Shown: positions 26,757-42,180 of the stretch, piece after piece
How positions within the stretch are numbered: position 1 is the first letter of the stretch
How the letters are laid out: the number at the start of each line of letters is the position of its first letter
Origin: Eledone cirrhosa
Lineage: Eukaryota
Direction of reading: 5' to 3'
Assembly (NCBI GenBank): GCA_964016885.1
Contig: OZ024741.1
Location: 351,540,001 to 351,604,000, forward strand
Length of the DNA stretch: 64,000 nt
Made by a program: the position numbers and the translations under genes
Notes under the pieces: generated by a model
What the model was told of the DNA's origin: nothing
What the model saw: only the letters and a program-made list of their open reading frames with translations
The model's database searches: none

Positions 26757-28012
26757 GATTTGATATGTGACATACCGCTACGGTTTTGATTATTCAATTC
26801 CAGTATTGGCAGTGATTTATTTCATCAAATCTCAACGTTTTTATACCACAAATAATATGATAAATTTAAAGAAGAAAAAGACGTAGAGTGAGTTAGAAAT
26901 ATGGGGGGGGGGGGGCTTGCAAAGAAGAGGAAAAGGCAATAAATAAATAAATAAATAAATGAATAAATACATAAATGGATGAATGAATAAAAGAAGAAAA
27001 TAAATATATAAAAGAAAGGAGGAATAAAGACAAAAGAGAGGGGAAGATGTGGGGAGAGTAAAGAGGAAACGAAGGGGAATAAAGAAAAACGAAGAAAAAG
27101 AAGAAAATATGAAATAGAGGGGAATAAAAAACCGTTGTATTCAAATGCTAGATAAAATAAGAAATCAAAATCTATTCACATATATCAATGAATATCGCTT
27201 GCATTGGATTATGCTTTAGCTAATTATATTATATCTAGATTATTAGGTATAGATTACTTTCTATAGCAATCACATATTTAAGTTAATTACAAATTTATAT
27301 AATTTAATTTAGCTCATTATAGATTATTATAATTTTAAATTTTAAGGTAAGATATTCTATTAATATTTTACTACAACTTTAAAAGAATTAATCTTTAAAG
27401 TGTATTTAAATAATTATTAAATATGTATTAAAATATAATACCATGCATATATCCCCATCAATACATATAATATATTTTGTTCATTTATTATCCAAATTAA
27501 TTTATTTTAATTTAGAAATTCACTTTCTAAAAGCTTTACTATTCTTTAATTTTCATTTATTTCTTAGAATCAAACTGTGGTTATATTTACTCTCTATAAT
27601 TTTATTCATTTATTTAATGAATGGTTATATTTACTTCTGTATTTAATTATTTTGATATATATATAGTTTCCTTTAAATTTCATATTTCATATTTAATATG
27701 GTTTATCAAGCTAGTCAAAAATAAATTTTTACGGACAATGTAAACAAAAGGAAGATAACTCATTCACCATATACAAGCATTTATAACTTATCTCTACTCT
27801 CACGTTCAGCGATATTTCGAAAACCATAAATTATCTATTGTATATATCGTAATTGATGCCTAATTAAATATTGAACTATCCTAATCAAAGCATAGGATAA
27901 AGAGACTCTTAATGAAATTATTCCAATACATATAAATATCAATAAATGATTACTTCAATAAGACAAAATTTATATATATCTAAATTATTAATTGTCATTA
28001 TTTTTTTGAAAC

Positions 28013-28200
28013 TATGGCAGTGGATTGGCAGTATCGGTAGAGGGTCGGACGCCATGCTTTCCAGCATAGTTACGTCCCTTTACGATCTGAGTTCAAATCC
28101 CGCCGAGGTTGACTTTGCTTTCATCCTTACGGGGTCGATAAAATAAAGTACCAGTAATGCACTGGGTAATTGCTGGCCTTGTGCCTAAAGTAGAAACAAT
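28013..28200 (+). mobile_element. tRNA-derived SINE, family 1
   Basis: tggcagtatcgg (A box-like) and gagttcaaatcc (B box); near-identical inverted copy at 63108-63292. Confidence 0.8.
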
Positions 28201-29441
28201 TATTTTTTTGAAACTGGTACATTGCCTGGAAAGTTTTACCAATTTTATGGTGACAACTACTAAATAATTCATTTTTTTGTTGATTAAATTGTCATAGTTT
28301 GTGATTATCTATAGAATCCGCAAAGATTGCAAATTTTTGAGATTGTTGAGTTCTGGTAGGAAGTAACATCCTTTAATTTCCTCCAAGAGATGGAGTATTT
28401 AATATTATTGTCCTTTAAAGACCATACTAATTGCAAAAGTGAGTTGAAAATTTCTTATCTAGTCTATTAAAAGTATGTCTATGATTATACCAACGTTCCT
28501 TAAATTTAGATGAGGTGGCAACTATGTAGTTATAAATATTATTATTGCCTTAATGGTACATTTATATACTAGATTTTTGTCAAGGACATTCAGATTTTGT
28601 AATGGACATTCAGACCTCTTTCTACAATTACATTTCTTCTCAATGTTATTTACAGACGTTATACTATTCACATTATTATTTAAAGGTGTTCTACTATTAT
28701 TCGTGTTTAAACTATTATTATTGTTATTCCCATTAACTAATATATTGTTATTATTATTATTGCTAATTACAAGTTGGTTCAAATTAAGATTTTTATTATT
28801 TATTTTTGCTATATTTTGAGCAATATTCATAGTTGTTGAGTAAGATAGTTTAACTGTGTGTCTATTGAAGATAGGGTAATATTTATGTGACCTCGGGAAG
28901 CATTTATCCAAAGCTTTAAAGAATAAATGTGTTACAGGTGTTTTAATAGCTAAAGATGCTGGCGGGCTCCAAATTATAGATCTAGTTCTTATTTTTTTCT
29001 TCGATTTATTCATCCAGTTGTTTTTATATTCGTTTTTATTATGATTATTGTGATTATAATTAATTTTATTTTGATGCATTTCCGTATTTTTATCTATATA
29101 CTCAATATTATTGTTATATCCGGCTTTATGTAACGCTTCATTATAATATATACCCTTACTATTAATTAGCAGATAGCCGGGATATACGTTGTTGTACACT
29201 GTTGACGATTGCGTTGTTAACACTTTTAAGGATGATTAGAATAAAAACTAACATAATTTAAGTTCTCATTGACTTTATGGAAAAGATAATAAATGCCTGA
29301 GTCAGATTTAGAATCACATCTAAAAAATTGACTATTTTATTATTTTCTAATCTATTATAATATGTGCTTCTAAGATTAGTGCTTCTAATCTATTGTAATA
29401 TTGTATTCGTTGAGTAATCAACGAACCATATTAATCTTTGG

Positions 29442-29507
<66 letters not shown>

Positions 29508-29511
<4 letters not shown>

Positions 29512-29795
29512 TTGTTGGTTTTATTCAATGAACAAATATAATTATTTCTGAGGTCAGCATATGACCTATTCTCATCCCTAAAATAATCTTTCATTCATAA
29601 TATTCTTTCCATCCAAAACTGAAATCTACCTTCCTCTACCCATAAATTAAGGTTCTTTTACTACTATATTACTATCTTGACCTTCACTATCTTTCTATTG
29701 GTCAATTCAAAACCAGTTCCCAAACAGACCTATTGTATTAAATCTTTGTTGGTTTTTTCAATAAACAAATATCATTATTTCTGAAGACAGCATAT
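29508..29795. repeat. ~54 bp direct repeats with ~234 bp period next to (TA)n
   Basis: atctttgttggtttt.ttcaat.aacaaatat..ttattt.ctga.g.cagcatat at 29508 and 29742. Confidence 0.7.
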
Positions 29796-29947
29796 ATATG
29801 TGTAGGTATGTCTATTCCCTCTAATAGTTTGTAAAAATTTTACATAGATCTATAGGATATGCATACCAACACTAACATATATATCCTAGAAACGATCGTA
29901 AAATGATGAATTTTTTAATATAAGGAACTGTTTCTTTGTTTATTCAT

Positions 29948-30636
<689 letters not shown>

Positions 30637-30688
30637 ATTACTATGATTGTCATCTATTTTACGCTTCTATCCCCTCAACACTGCAAAA

Positions 30689-30752
<64 letters not shown>

Positions 30753-30805
30753 TTATTATTATTATGATTATTATTATTATTATTATTATTATTGTTATTG
30801 TTATT

Positions 30806-31048
30806 CCTTGAATCTCAGTCATTGATGTTGGTTAACTGGAAAGTCCGTTGGATTGAATATCAAGCCACTACCTGCAGCCTCAGATATTCAGGACGTATCG
30901 GAGGGTTCTTGCTGTTCCAAGCAAGCATGCCTTTTGAAGCGTTCCAAAAAGCGTGAAGGGGCCGATTTTCTTTAACCATCCCTGGAAACCTTTGGAGATA
31001 GTCCCCAGTGCGCCTATGACAATCGGGATCACTTTGACTTCATGGCAG

Positions 31049-31099
<51 letters not shown>

Positions 31100-31493
31100 G
31101 TCTTTTGAGTCTCAGTCATTGATGTTATTTAACTGGAAAGTTTGTTGAAATGAATAACAAGCCGCTACCTGCAGCCTCAGATATTCAGGACGTATCGGAG
31201 GGTTCTTGCTGTTCCCAGCAAGCATGTCTTTTGAAGTGTTCCAAAAAGCGGGGCTGGACTAATCTTCTTTAACCCTCCTTGGAAACTCTTTGAGATAGTA
31301 CCTAGTGTGGCTATGACAAACGGGACGACCTTGATTTCATGGCAGTTCCAAATCCTTTTTAACTCCCACTTTAAATCCTGGTATCGATTAATTTTCTCCC
31401 TCTCCTTTTCTTGAACTCTCGTGTTAAACGGGCAGGCTACATCTACAATCAGGCACGATCTTTTTTTCTTATTCAAAACCACCAGGTCAGGCC
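30806..31493 (-). mobile_element. Two tandem 5'-truncated R4/Dong-like LINEs (30806-31048, 31100-31493) in (TAA)n
   Basis: Restriction-like endonuclease motif RPDLVV...LIVDVACP...EKINRYQDL and LQKACLLGTARTLRYVL; (ATT)n flanks. Confidence 0.85.
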
Positions 31494-31518
31494 TATTATT
31501 ATTATTATTATTATTATT

Positions 31519-34500
31519 GAGTCTGAACGGACGTCTTTTTGCTCGCTCCCGTAAGTTCACTTATTTACCTATCAAAACTGATTTTTTTTTTAAATTTTTG
31601 TTGTTGTGTAAGGCATACAAGCCCTTGGAATTTGCCCTGTGAAGGGGAAAGAATAATATTTGAGCTTTTTGGCCCAAATATTTGAACTTTTTTTACATTT
31701 TAAAAAATTTACGAAGAAAAAAAAACGAAAAAAACATGGCTGAGCCACGCTCTCCAGCGATATGTCTGCTGTCGTGCGACAACGACGTAGAAGTTGAGAG
31801 GAGCGCTACAGCGAAATTAACACAAATTGATAACACAAACACCACCATAAACAATGTAAACAAAGACACCAATGATACCAATGAGAACTCTAATTTTGAA
31901 AAAAATGACAGTAACAGCGACAACGAAAATACAGATAACAAAAAAAAAATGACAAATGCAACAACAATATCAACACCACTAACATGAAAACAAATAGCGA
32001 CAACACCAACAGCAACAATACCAACTGCACCGAGAACAACGGTGGCAACAAAGACAACAATGATAACAGCGACAGTGATAACAACAACACCAACAAGAAC
32101 AACGATAACGACAACAACACCCCCAACGAAAACAAGAAGAACACTTTCGCTGCGGCAGCAGCAAAAAAGAGGCCATGCTTCAACATGGACCTCTCAAACA
32201 AAGATGAAAAGTTGGCCCAGGCATGGAAGCTCATCAAGCAAGAGCAAACCTGGGCCAACTTAACTGTCCCGGTAGAAGCTATTGAGGCAGTGGAGCGCAG
32301 AACGGTGCATTATAGATGCATCTCAGCACAAACCAAAAGGGCAGCTTTAATACCACAAGAAGATGTCGAAGTCGCGCTGAGGTGCATCAGAGAAGACACC
32401 GAATACATAGCGAGGGGCAGACAGTACGGCACCATTTCGGTGTTGTTCAAGTCAGAAGCCCTCGCTATGAAACACGCTATGACTCCTTGCAAAACCAGCA
32501 AGGTCATAATGTACCTCTCCAACATAGGAAAAAGAACGGCCTGTCTCCGCATTCCCAGAATCCCACCAGGATTTGACATGTGGTGGCTTCTGGGATGTGT
32601 GATTGTGGAGGGGACGGATACCGTCCCTATAGAAGTGACCAGAACGGCCAGAGAGGACTGGTCCGGGGTTGACCTGGAGATCCTTCTCCAGATCCGGCCC
32701 GAGAATGTGAAGACAATCTCGGACCACATCCACCTTCAGAATGGGACTGTCATTCACATTATGACCGAAGGCAACAAGCCGCATTGTTTTGTTTGTGGGG
32801 AAAAAACCCATTTGCGAGCCTTCTGCCCTCAACTGCTGAAAGAGGAAAGGGGTCGAAAGGCTCCACTGCTGCCGACGCCGGGGCGAGGACCACAACCAAC
32901 ATCATCACCGGCAAAACCACCAACAACAACACCAATAGAAAGACCACCACCAACATTGACCACCCAGGGGGGAAACGAGGAAAGCTGTCAAATTACCCCT
33001 ACCCCCAAAAATACACACACCAATAAAACCACAAACATACACACAGACACACTTACAGACACAGACCCCCTCATCTACCAGTAGTGAAGATGAGGGTAAA
33101 CCAAAATCCCCCAAAATACAAAAAAGAAAACACAAAAAGAAAAAAAAAGTCAACAAAGCACAAAATCACCCACAATAAAAAACGCAGACACCACCCACGC
33201 AAACATCTCTCCAATAGCACCAACATCAACACCACCATCACCATCACCAGAATCCCCCAAACGCAAACAACCTAAACAGACGCAAGAACAAATATACACA
33301 CAAACATCTGAAACCACAGCCACCGCACTCACAACAAACACAGACACAACCGAAACAACGCCACCAAAACCATCACCACCACAGCCACGCAAACAAATAA
33401 AATCACACCAACAAAACATACAAAACTTCGGGCTGGTCAGGCGGGCCAACAAGGAACTGATGGCCCTCGTAGCACGAAGTGAAAATATACAAAAAGAGGG
33501 GAACATTTTTTAATCGAGCACATTTCGCGTGCCGGAAAGATTTGGTTCTGGTGCGAATGTCGCTCGATTTATACAAAGAAATACGAGACAGTTTTCCTCG
33601 GGACGTGGGAACCCCGAACGTAAAACCCACTTCAAGATTTTTAAAGGGGTTCCCAAAAGAAACCCCACCAACTATGAAGGTCGAACCACCCGACCTTCAC
33701 AAGAGCCCAGAAGGTAAGTAAACCTTTCCTCTCTCTCTTTTTAACCTGCCAACATGGCCGTATTAAGAGTAGGATGTTTAAATGTTCGAGGCCTGGGATC
33801 GTCCTGGAAGCAGGGTCACCTGCTCAACGACCTCAGGTCTCTAGAAATGGATGTAATTGCCGTCAGCGAGACCAGGATTTCCGACACGCGTGCACTAGCC
33901 CCCATTTTCGACGACTATCAGATCTTTGCATCTGTTAGCCGGCCGGGAATGGGGGGCGGGTGGCAGTGCTGTTTGGGAAAGGCCTGGATCTCGAGGTAAC
34001 GTCGATCTTCCGGGACCCGGACGGGAAGTTGGTGGTCCTGGACGTGAACAATAACGAAGGTGGTGCCTTTAGACTGGTGGCTGTCTATGCTCCTACTGGG
34101 GCAGGACAGCCGGACTTCTTTAGACACATGGAAGCCTTTCTGGGTACGTCTCGCCCTTTACTGTTAGCGGGGGACTGGAACGGCATCTTAGACGCACGCT
34201 GGGACTGTGTGGGAGTATCCGATAGGAGCGGGGGGGAGGGGGGTGCAAAAGCCTCAAGAACCTGATCAGCCAGTTCCAACTGTCTGACAGGTACCGACTA
34301 GATTTCCCTAATGCGCCAGTGTGGACCTGGGCTAACCGCATAGGGTCATCTAGATCGTATATAGACAGGATATTCATTAGGAAAATAGACAGAAATAGTG
34401 TAAGCTGTCCACGTTTTGAAACAGTCGCCTATTCAGATCACAAGTTTGTGATCTGTATGGTCGACCTAGATAAGACGCGTAGGTTAGGACCTGGTTACTG

Positions 34501-36276
34501 GAAGCTAAACATGTCATTTCCGGCACGTAAGGCTTACAGGGACCAGGTCAACAATTTAGTTAAGAAAAAGTTGACAGGGGGAGTCGTCAACAATAGATGG
34601 TGGGGGGCTCTCAAAAGAGAGATTAGAGTAATGTCGATAGAGTTTAGCAAAGAAGTAGCATTAGAGAAAAGTAGAAAGGAGGGGGAGTTGGTAGATAAGT
34701 TAGACGAGGCTATTTGTAGTGGCATTGCAACTGGTGTGCTAGCGGCGAGAATGGCATTAGACTATTTCTTCAATGCAAAACACGAAGGTTGCATTGTCAG
34801 AGCTAAGGCGCGTGCTCTGAGAAACGAGTGAACCAAAGCTGTTCGATGGGCCCGCGTGGCAGAGGCGTAGCGTGGTAATAAAACCACGATTCGGTCTTTG
34901 ACGGACCGAGACGGGCACGAGCTGAGCGATTCCGAGAGGATGTGTGAGGCCTTTCGCCAACATTTTGCTCGGTTGTTCGGGGGAAGTGGCGGGTCAGAAA
35001 TGGTGGCGGACTTCAGTCCCTACCATCTTGGAGCGGCTCCTCTTCAAATTCTTGTAGAGGGGTCAGGTTCCGCTGGTGAGGCGGTCCATCTGCTGCCAGC
35101 ACCCTCTACGTGGAGGGCTGGGCAGGCCGTGGCTAATGATGCGCAGGCACGCGCTGAGGCTGCGGCATCTCCAGATATTCTGCCTAAACGGTGAACAGGT
35201 GTGGTCGCCGTTTGTCAGGCGGGCCTTTCCGCAGCTTGTTTCTTTGACTGAGTTGCAGTCCTGGGTCAAGAAGAGACCGAGACTGGGTGACTGCCATCTG
35301 GAATGTTGCCAGGCACTCACTGCCCTCTACCAGGCGGGCAATGCGGTCAGTGGAACTTCCACTCTCGAGTTCTATAGAGGATTAGTGGTGGGCAAGTGCG
35401 ACGACGCACTCGTAGAGGCTCTGGGAGACAACGAAGTAGAGGTAACCAGTCTGTACCGGAGGACTTTCGAGCCGGGGACGATGGATAATTTCCAAAAATC
35501 CCTCGCTTGGCAGTGCTACCGGGGGGCACTGCCGGTTCGAGATAAACTCTACAGGCACGAAAGTGCTGTCAGACGGACCTGCCCGAGATGCGCGCAGAGC
35601 GACGAAACCGTTCTGTACGCACTCGTCCAGTGTCCGTGCATTACTGACTTGTGGAGTTATGTCGAACAGCTGTTGTCGCGTGTAGAACGGATCCGGCTAT
35701 CGGCCGAGTCCATAGTGAAGATCGACCCGCCGCCTTCTTTTGGCCAGGAAGGGCAGGCAATTTTCCTCTGTCTGGTGGCAGTAGCGAAAGAGGTTGTATG
35801 GTGGACGAGGTTGAAAGGACTGAAGACAGACACTTTTCTCTTCGGCCAATCCCTCATTAACTTTTTCAAGTTTCACTTGGAAAGGAAGGTGAGGGTGGAG
35901 AGAGAAGTGCTGCCCCCCAGTACATTTGCTGAAAGGTGGGTGAATTTGGCGAGAATGGCCCGTGTGAGTGGGCCTACTCTGGTCATGCGGCTGTAGGTAG
36001 GTAAATTTGAAGAGGAGAGGGGTGCCCTTCCAGGGTGCTCTCGAAGCGTCGGGTCATTCAGAACTGGTGGGGTACCTGAGCGAACCCTAGGTGGTCATCC
36101 CCCCTATTGGGGAATTTTTTCTTGTTGTAATTTTATTGCTACTTTATTGTTACTGTGTTATTGTTACTTTGTTATTGTTATTCATATTGTTTACTCGATT
36201 TTTCTGTAAAACCCCACTGTCCCAGTCTTTTGTATTGTCCCCTATATGTCGGCCCTTGTGGCCAATAAATGAAATC
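31519..36276 (+). mobile_element. Second Tx1/L1-clade LINE in (ATT)n, RT core deleted
   Basis: ORF1 CFVCGEKTHLRAFC; APE from 33754; C-terminus 35076..35996; sequence jumps near 35018 from the pre-RT to the post-RT region. Confidence 0.92.
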
Positions 36277-36368
36277 ATTATTATTAATGTTATTATTATT
36301 ATTGTTTTCATTTATATTATTCACCCATGTATCTATAAATACTGTGCATTGCATCATGTACACAGATC

Positions 36369-36479
36369 AGTATTCTGATGATTTGGTCAGGTATCGACTG
36401 TAATTAAAGTCGAGTGACGTGACTTCTAACGATCAGCGACATTTAGACACACCGGACTAATGAAATCATTGTTAATACT
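36369..36479 (+). ncRNA. Type I hammerhead ribozyme (family C 3' end, ~36300-36530)
   Basis: agtatt-CTGATGA-tttggtcagg...ccggactaat-GAAA-t catt g-TT-aatact, then aataaa and (TA)n. Confidence 0.8.
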
Positions 36480-36526
36480 TTAAATAAACCCTATTGTACA
36501 GCCGACCATGTTATTCTTCACTCTTT

Positions 36527-36596
<70 letters not shown>

Positions 36597-37662
36597 TGGT
36601 ACCTTGACTTACGAGTGTAATTCGTTCCGCGAGGGAGCTCGTAACTCAAATTAATCGTATGTCAAATCAATTTTCCCCAGTGAAATGCCATTAATCTTTT
36701 CCGGGTCCCCAAAAAACACCGCATTTTTTTTTTGTTACGTCTCTTTAAAATAAGAAAAATGTACTTAGAAATAACGAATATTGTATTTTAAAATAAAAAC
36801 AATACAATAGAATGTACTGCAATAAACTGGTTTTATTAAGTATAATGAACCTTGGAGATCAGACGACTTGAGGATGGAGGTGAAGGAGAAAGGCTGAACT
36901 GAATAACGGAATCTTATTCGCTGGTTTTTGCCCTTTTCGTCACGCTTTCCTCACTTTTATCTGCAGGAATTTTCGATAAAAACCTGTCCAATGAGGTTTG
37001 TTTCATCCTCCCCTTCAGAATGTTTCTGAAATGAGTTAGGCAAGTGTCGTTAAATAGCGCCGTCGCACGCCCAGTTGCAACTTTTTCTGGGTGTTTCTTT
37101 TGAATAAAGTCTGAAAGTTTCTCCCAATATTTCCTTTATCTCACTTGTAGAGATAACCTTATCCGTGTCACCTATTTCCTGCAAAACCTCTGAGTGCTGC
37201 TGCGTCTGTAGCTCCTTTAGCTCCTCCGTTGTCAGTTCCTCGGAGTGCTCTTCGATGAGCTCGTTGATGTCAACTTCATCCATGTCCAGGCCCATGGACT
37301 TTCCGAGGACCTGCACCACTGCCGCTTCGGGTTCGAGTCTTTCAAAGTCTGTTTTAGACACAACCTCTGCCGTTATATAAGTCCTTCTCTGCCGTTATAT
37401 AAGTCCTCCTTGGCGTCTTCTTCCAAAAAAGTCCTGTCTCGTCACAGTTGAAGACTTGCTGGGGCATGTATTCTTCGGCTGCTATAATTCCGGCAAAGGT
37501 TTTGAGGTAATCCTCAGCTGCCTTCATATCTCCGCTCGCTGCCTCACCATGCCTGACAACGGAGTAAATGCCGGTCCTCTTTTTAAAATTCTCGAACCAG
37601 CCCCGACTGGCTTTAAACGGCTCGCCCGATCCCTCGACCGTCGAAGTGCCTGGGGTCTGCTG

Positions 37663-40600
37663 TGTTCTTGTTAAGAATCACCATAGACAAGACCAACTAA
37701 CGTCGCCCATTATCTCCCTTGATACAGAGACAATAAGGAAATCTCCTGCCCGAGGAGACACCTTGTATAGACACAGTATAATAAAGTATATCGTATTGTT
37801 AACACGTCTTTTCAGTCTCTCTCACGTTCTTGATCTTTCATACTAAGTACTCACTATTTCCTTTCATACACAACATATATATATATATCTATATAACAAC
37901 AACATGGTGTCAGAATACTAAAAGAACCCATCCTACAGAAACGAAAAGAAAAAAGAAGTTGAAATCATACTTCGAAGACGAAATGGAAAATCTACCGCAT
38001 CCAAAAGACCTAGATTTAATCAAGAAAATCTAGCCGCAGCATGGAAAAAGTGGAAAAAAGAATTCAATCTCTTTTTGATAGCAACAGAAAGAGACATAAA
38101 GCCAGACAAAGTAAAAACTTCAATGTTTTTAACTTGCATCGGTTCCAAAGGCCGAGACATCCATTCTACTCTGGATTTCGATTCACCCGACGAAGAAATG
38201 AACCTTCAAACAGTAATCGAAAAATTCGATGCATATTGTGAACCCAGAAAAAACATAACTTTCCTGAGACACAAATTCTTCACATGTGGACAAGCGGAAC
38301 ATCAAAAATTCGATGAGTACGTGGTAGAGTTGCGCCAAAAGGCACAACGGTGCGAATTCGGCGACCTTACAGACAGTCTCACCAGAGATATTCTGATATG
38401 TGGAATCAGAGACATGAGACTAAGAGAAAGATTATTGAGAGAACCAAATTTAGACTTACAAAAAACAATTCAAGCAGGTCAGAGTGCAGAGCAAACACGA
38501 CGCCAATCAAGGATGCTGAATGCCACATCCGAAACAAGAGATAACGAAATCTCGGCGATACATAGTCAACACGACAGAAAAGGCGCCAAGACACAGATAA
38601 CTCGCCATATGCAATCGAGACGTCAAAACGAGCAAGGCGGAAGTGATAGAAAGCCCGCGAAATTTCAAGCGCCAAGTCAACATACGTCACTAACTGTCAC
38701 TATTGTGGTTACAATCACCAAAGAAATAAGTGCCCAGCATTTCACAAGATATGTGAAAAATGCAAGAATAAAGGACACTATGCAAAAATGTGCAAATCAA
38801 GAAAATTTGTACATAAAGTGGAGACACATTCCGACGATGAATCAGATGACGATATACATGCACTCAAAGTAATCACTTTAAATAAATCCCGCGTGCATAA
38901 AATCGAAAAGTTCAAGACTCCAAAAGACATTTGGACGGTCGAACTAAAAGTGAATAACTCGAATGTAACATTCAAAATTGATACTGGAGCAGACGTGACC
39001 GTACTGCCATTCAGAGAATATAAAAATATTATTCCAAAACCCCAACTGCAAAAAACCTCAACTCGATTATCAGCCTACAATAACACAGCTATAAAAGTGC
39101 TAGGAAAATGCGCAGCAGTCGTTAAATACAAAAAAGTATCAAAACAAACAAAATTCATTGTTGCAAAAACAAACTCGCACGCAGTTATAGATGCAAAGAC
39201 AGCACAAGATCTGAACCTAATTCAGAGAATTTTAAAAATAAATTCGTCGAACGCAAACGACATAACAGAAAAATATGAAGACTGTTTCGGAGAAATCGGC
39301 ACTCTGCCGTGGATCCACAAAAAACTCCTGTAATTCATCCACCAAGATCGGTTCCTTTTTCTATAAAAGAAAAACTCAAAAAAGAACTAAAAAAAATGAC
39401 AGAATTAGGAATCATAAAACCCGTTAGTGAACCTACAGACTGGGTAAATTCCCCAGTCATCGTTGAAAAAACCAACGGAAAACTCCGACTCTGTTTGGAC
39501 CCCAAGAATCTAAATAAAGCCATAAAAGCAACATTTAAAACTCCCTACAGCGGAGGACATTTTTGCACAAATGCATAAACCTAAATATTTCTCGAAACTC
39601 GATGCATCTAATGGATACTGGCAAATTCCAGTTGACGAAGAAAGCTCCCACCTGTTAACGTTCAACACACCTTTTGGAAGATATCGCTTCACACGACTGC
39701 CCTATGGAATTCACAGCGCCAGTGAAGTTTTCCAAAAAGAAATCGCAAAAATAATAGATGGCATAGAAGGAGCAAGAAATTCACAGGATGACATTATAAT
39801 CTGGTCCAGCACTTTAGAAGAACACATAAATAGACTACAACAAGTTTTCGAACGAATCCGAAAGCATGGATTAAAGTTAAATAAATGAAAGTGTATCTTC
39901 AATGCATCACAAATAACGTACCGTGGGCATCTATTAACCAGCGAAGGGATAAAACAAGATCCAACCAAAGTGCAAGCAATCATTCACATGCCACTACCTA
40001 CAGGCAAAAAAGAATTACAAAGATTCCTAGGTATGACAAATTACCTATGTAAATTTTTACCAAACTACTCCGAAGTTGCAGCACCATTACGCCAGCTTCT
40101 ACAGAGTGACACGTTATGGTCACTCGACAAACCTCAAATCGAAGCAATAAAAAAGCTAAAAGAAATTATTACCAGAAAACCAGTGCTACAATTTTATGAT
40201 CCAGATCTACCAGTAAAAATAACTACAGATGCTAGTAAGCATGGGCTCGGAGCTATACTTGAGCAGAAACACAACGAAAGATAGCTACCTGTTTCGTTTA
40301 CATCTCGTGCAACAACTCAAGCGGAACAAAACTACTGTCCGATAGAGAGCGAAGCTCTCAGTATGGTTTTCGCATGCAAGAAATTTCATCAGTTTATATA
40401 CGGAACTCATTTCAGAATTGAAAACGACCATAAACCGTTGAAGCAAATATTCAAAAAATCGATCACTAAATGCCCCCCCCCCCCGAATCCAAAGATTTCT
40501 ACTAGCATTACAAAGATACGATTTTGACCTAAACTACATACCTACATACCTGGTAAAGAATCAGTTGTTGCAGATACTCTATCACGTGCATACCTTGAAC

Positions 40601-42180
40601 AAAACACTCCAGAAGTATCAGACGAAGATATGAAATCGCACATACATGCAGTAATAAAAAATTACCCCATAACCGACACTAAATTAAACGAGTACAAAGA
40701 AGCCACTGCACACGACTCGTCACTACAGACACTCATCACATATACAAGAACAGAATGGCCCCCAAAAGACAAAATACCAACAAACATTAAACCATTCGTC
40801 TCTGTTCGTGATGAAATATCGATCGTCAATGGCCTCGTTCTAAAAGGTCCAAGAATCATTGTACCTAAGTCATTACGTAGAGAAGCTCTACAGGAAATAC
40901 ATACCGGACACATGGGTATCGAAAAATGCACAGAGCGAGCCAAGGAATGTATATACTTGCTCGGCATTAACGCTCAAATCAAAGACATGATTAACACATG
41001 CTCATACTGCATCGATTACAAAAATCAACAACCAGCCGAACCACTAATAAATCATGAAATACCTACTACACCATGGACCAAAGTAGGTACAGACATATTT
41101 CACCTGTCTGGAAATTCGTATGTCACAATCATTGACTATACAACAAGATTTTTTGATTTACACGAAATAAATGATTGCCAGTCAAAAACTGTAATCAAAA
41201 GAATAAAAGAAACTTTTGCCAAATTCGGCATTCGACAAACAGTTGTCATGACAACGGTCCAGAATTCAATTCGGCTGAATTAAAAAAATTTGTAAAAAAT
41301 TGGCATTTTTATCACACGAAAACAAGCCCACATTATCATCAAGCAAATGGCATGGTTGAGAGAAATATACAGACAATAAAAAAGACGTTAAAAAAGGCAT
41401 TCAAAAGTGGCGAAGAACCTCAATTAGCGCTCTTAGCATTACGCACGACTAAATTACAAAATGGTGCACCATCCCCTGCAAATCAAATAATGAATAGAAC
41501 ATTGCGAACAAATCTCCCAAACATACTACACGACAAAATTGTTCTCAGGCCACACGAACAGAAGAAATCAAAAATTACAACAGATCTCCCAGAGTTAAAA
41601 CCACACGACACGGTTAGAATTAAGTTCGATAACAATTGGTTTAGAAGGGGCAAAATAATTAAAAAACTAGAACAACCTCGTTCATACTTAGTAGTAACAG
41701 AGGAAGGTAATACAGTCAAACGAAATAGACAACACATTCTTAAAACAAAAGAAAACATTCGCATAACAGAAGAAATAGATTATGAAAATATACTTCCAAA
41801 TTCAACAAACACGCATGAAAAAACAAAAACAGCACAACTACAGAATTCAACATTCCAAAATAATAGAACCACAAAAAGTGGACGACGAATAATTCTCCCC
41901 TGTAGATACAGATAAAAGAAGAAAAAAAAAAAAAGGAAGATGTTCATGTTAAGCATCACCATAGACAAGACCAACTAACGTCGCCCATTATCTCCCTTGA
42001 TACAGAGACAATAAGGAAATCTCCTGCCCGAGGAGACACCTTGTATAGACACAGTATAATAAAGTATATCGTATTGTTAACACGTCTTTTCAGTCTCTCT
42101 CACGTTCTTGATCTTTCATACTAAGTACTCACTATTTCCTTTCATACACAACATATATATATATCTATATAACAACAACA
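37663..42180 (+). mobile_element. Full-length, decayed Ty3/Gypsy LTR retrotransposon
   Basis: LTRs 37663-37904 and 41941-42180 (TG...CA), TSD TGCTG, PBS TGGTGTCAGAA, PPT 41914-41940. Confidence 0.96.
37983..41915 (+). pseudogene. gag-pol: gag-pol (gag, protease, RT, RNase H, integrase) with several stops and frameshifts
   Basis: FKIDTGA, KLDASNGYWQI, SQDD, TTDASK, VADTLSR, HTGHMG, DNGPEF, ANGMVER. Confidence 0.92.

Larger units (their letters stand above)
26645..29440 (-). mobile_element. Decayed PLE (RT thumb, linker, GIY-YIG, long AT-rich 3' UTR)
   Basis: ORF 28522..29223: YYNEALHKAGY, IFNRHTVKLSYS, CNCRKRSECPL, LVYKC; (TA)n on both sides. Confidence 0.85.
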
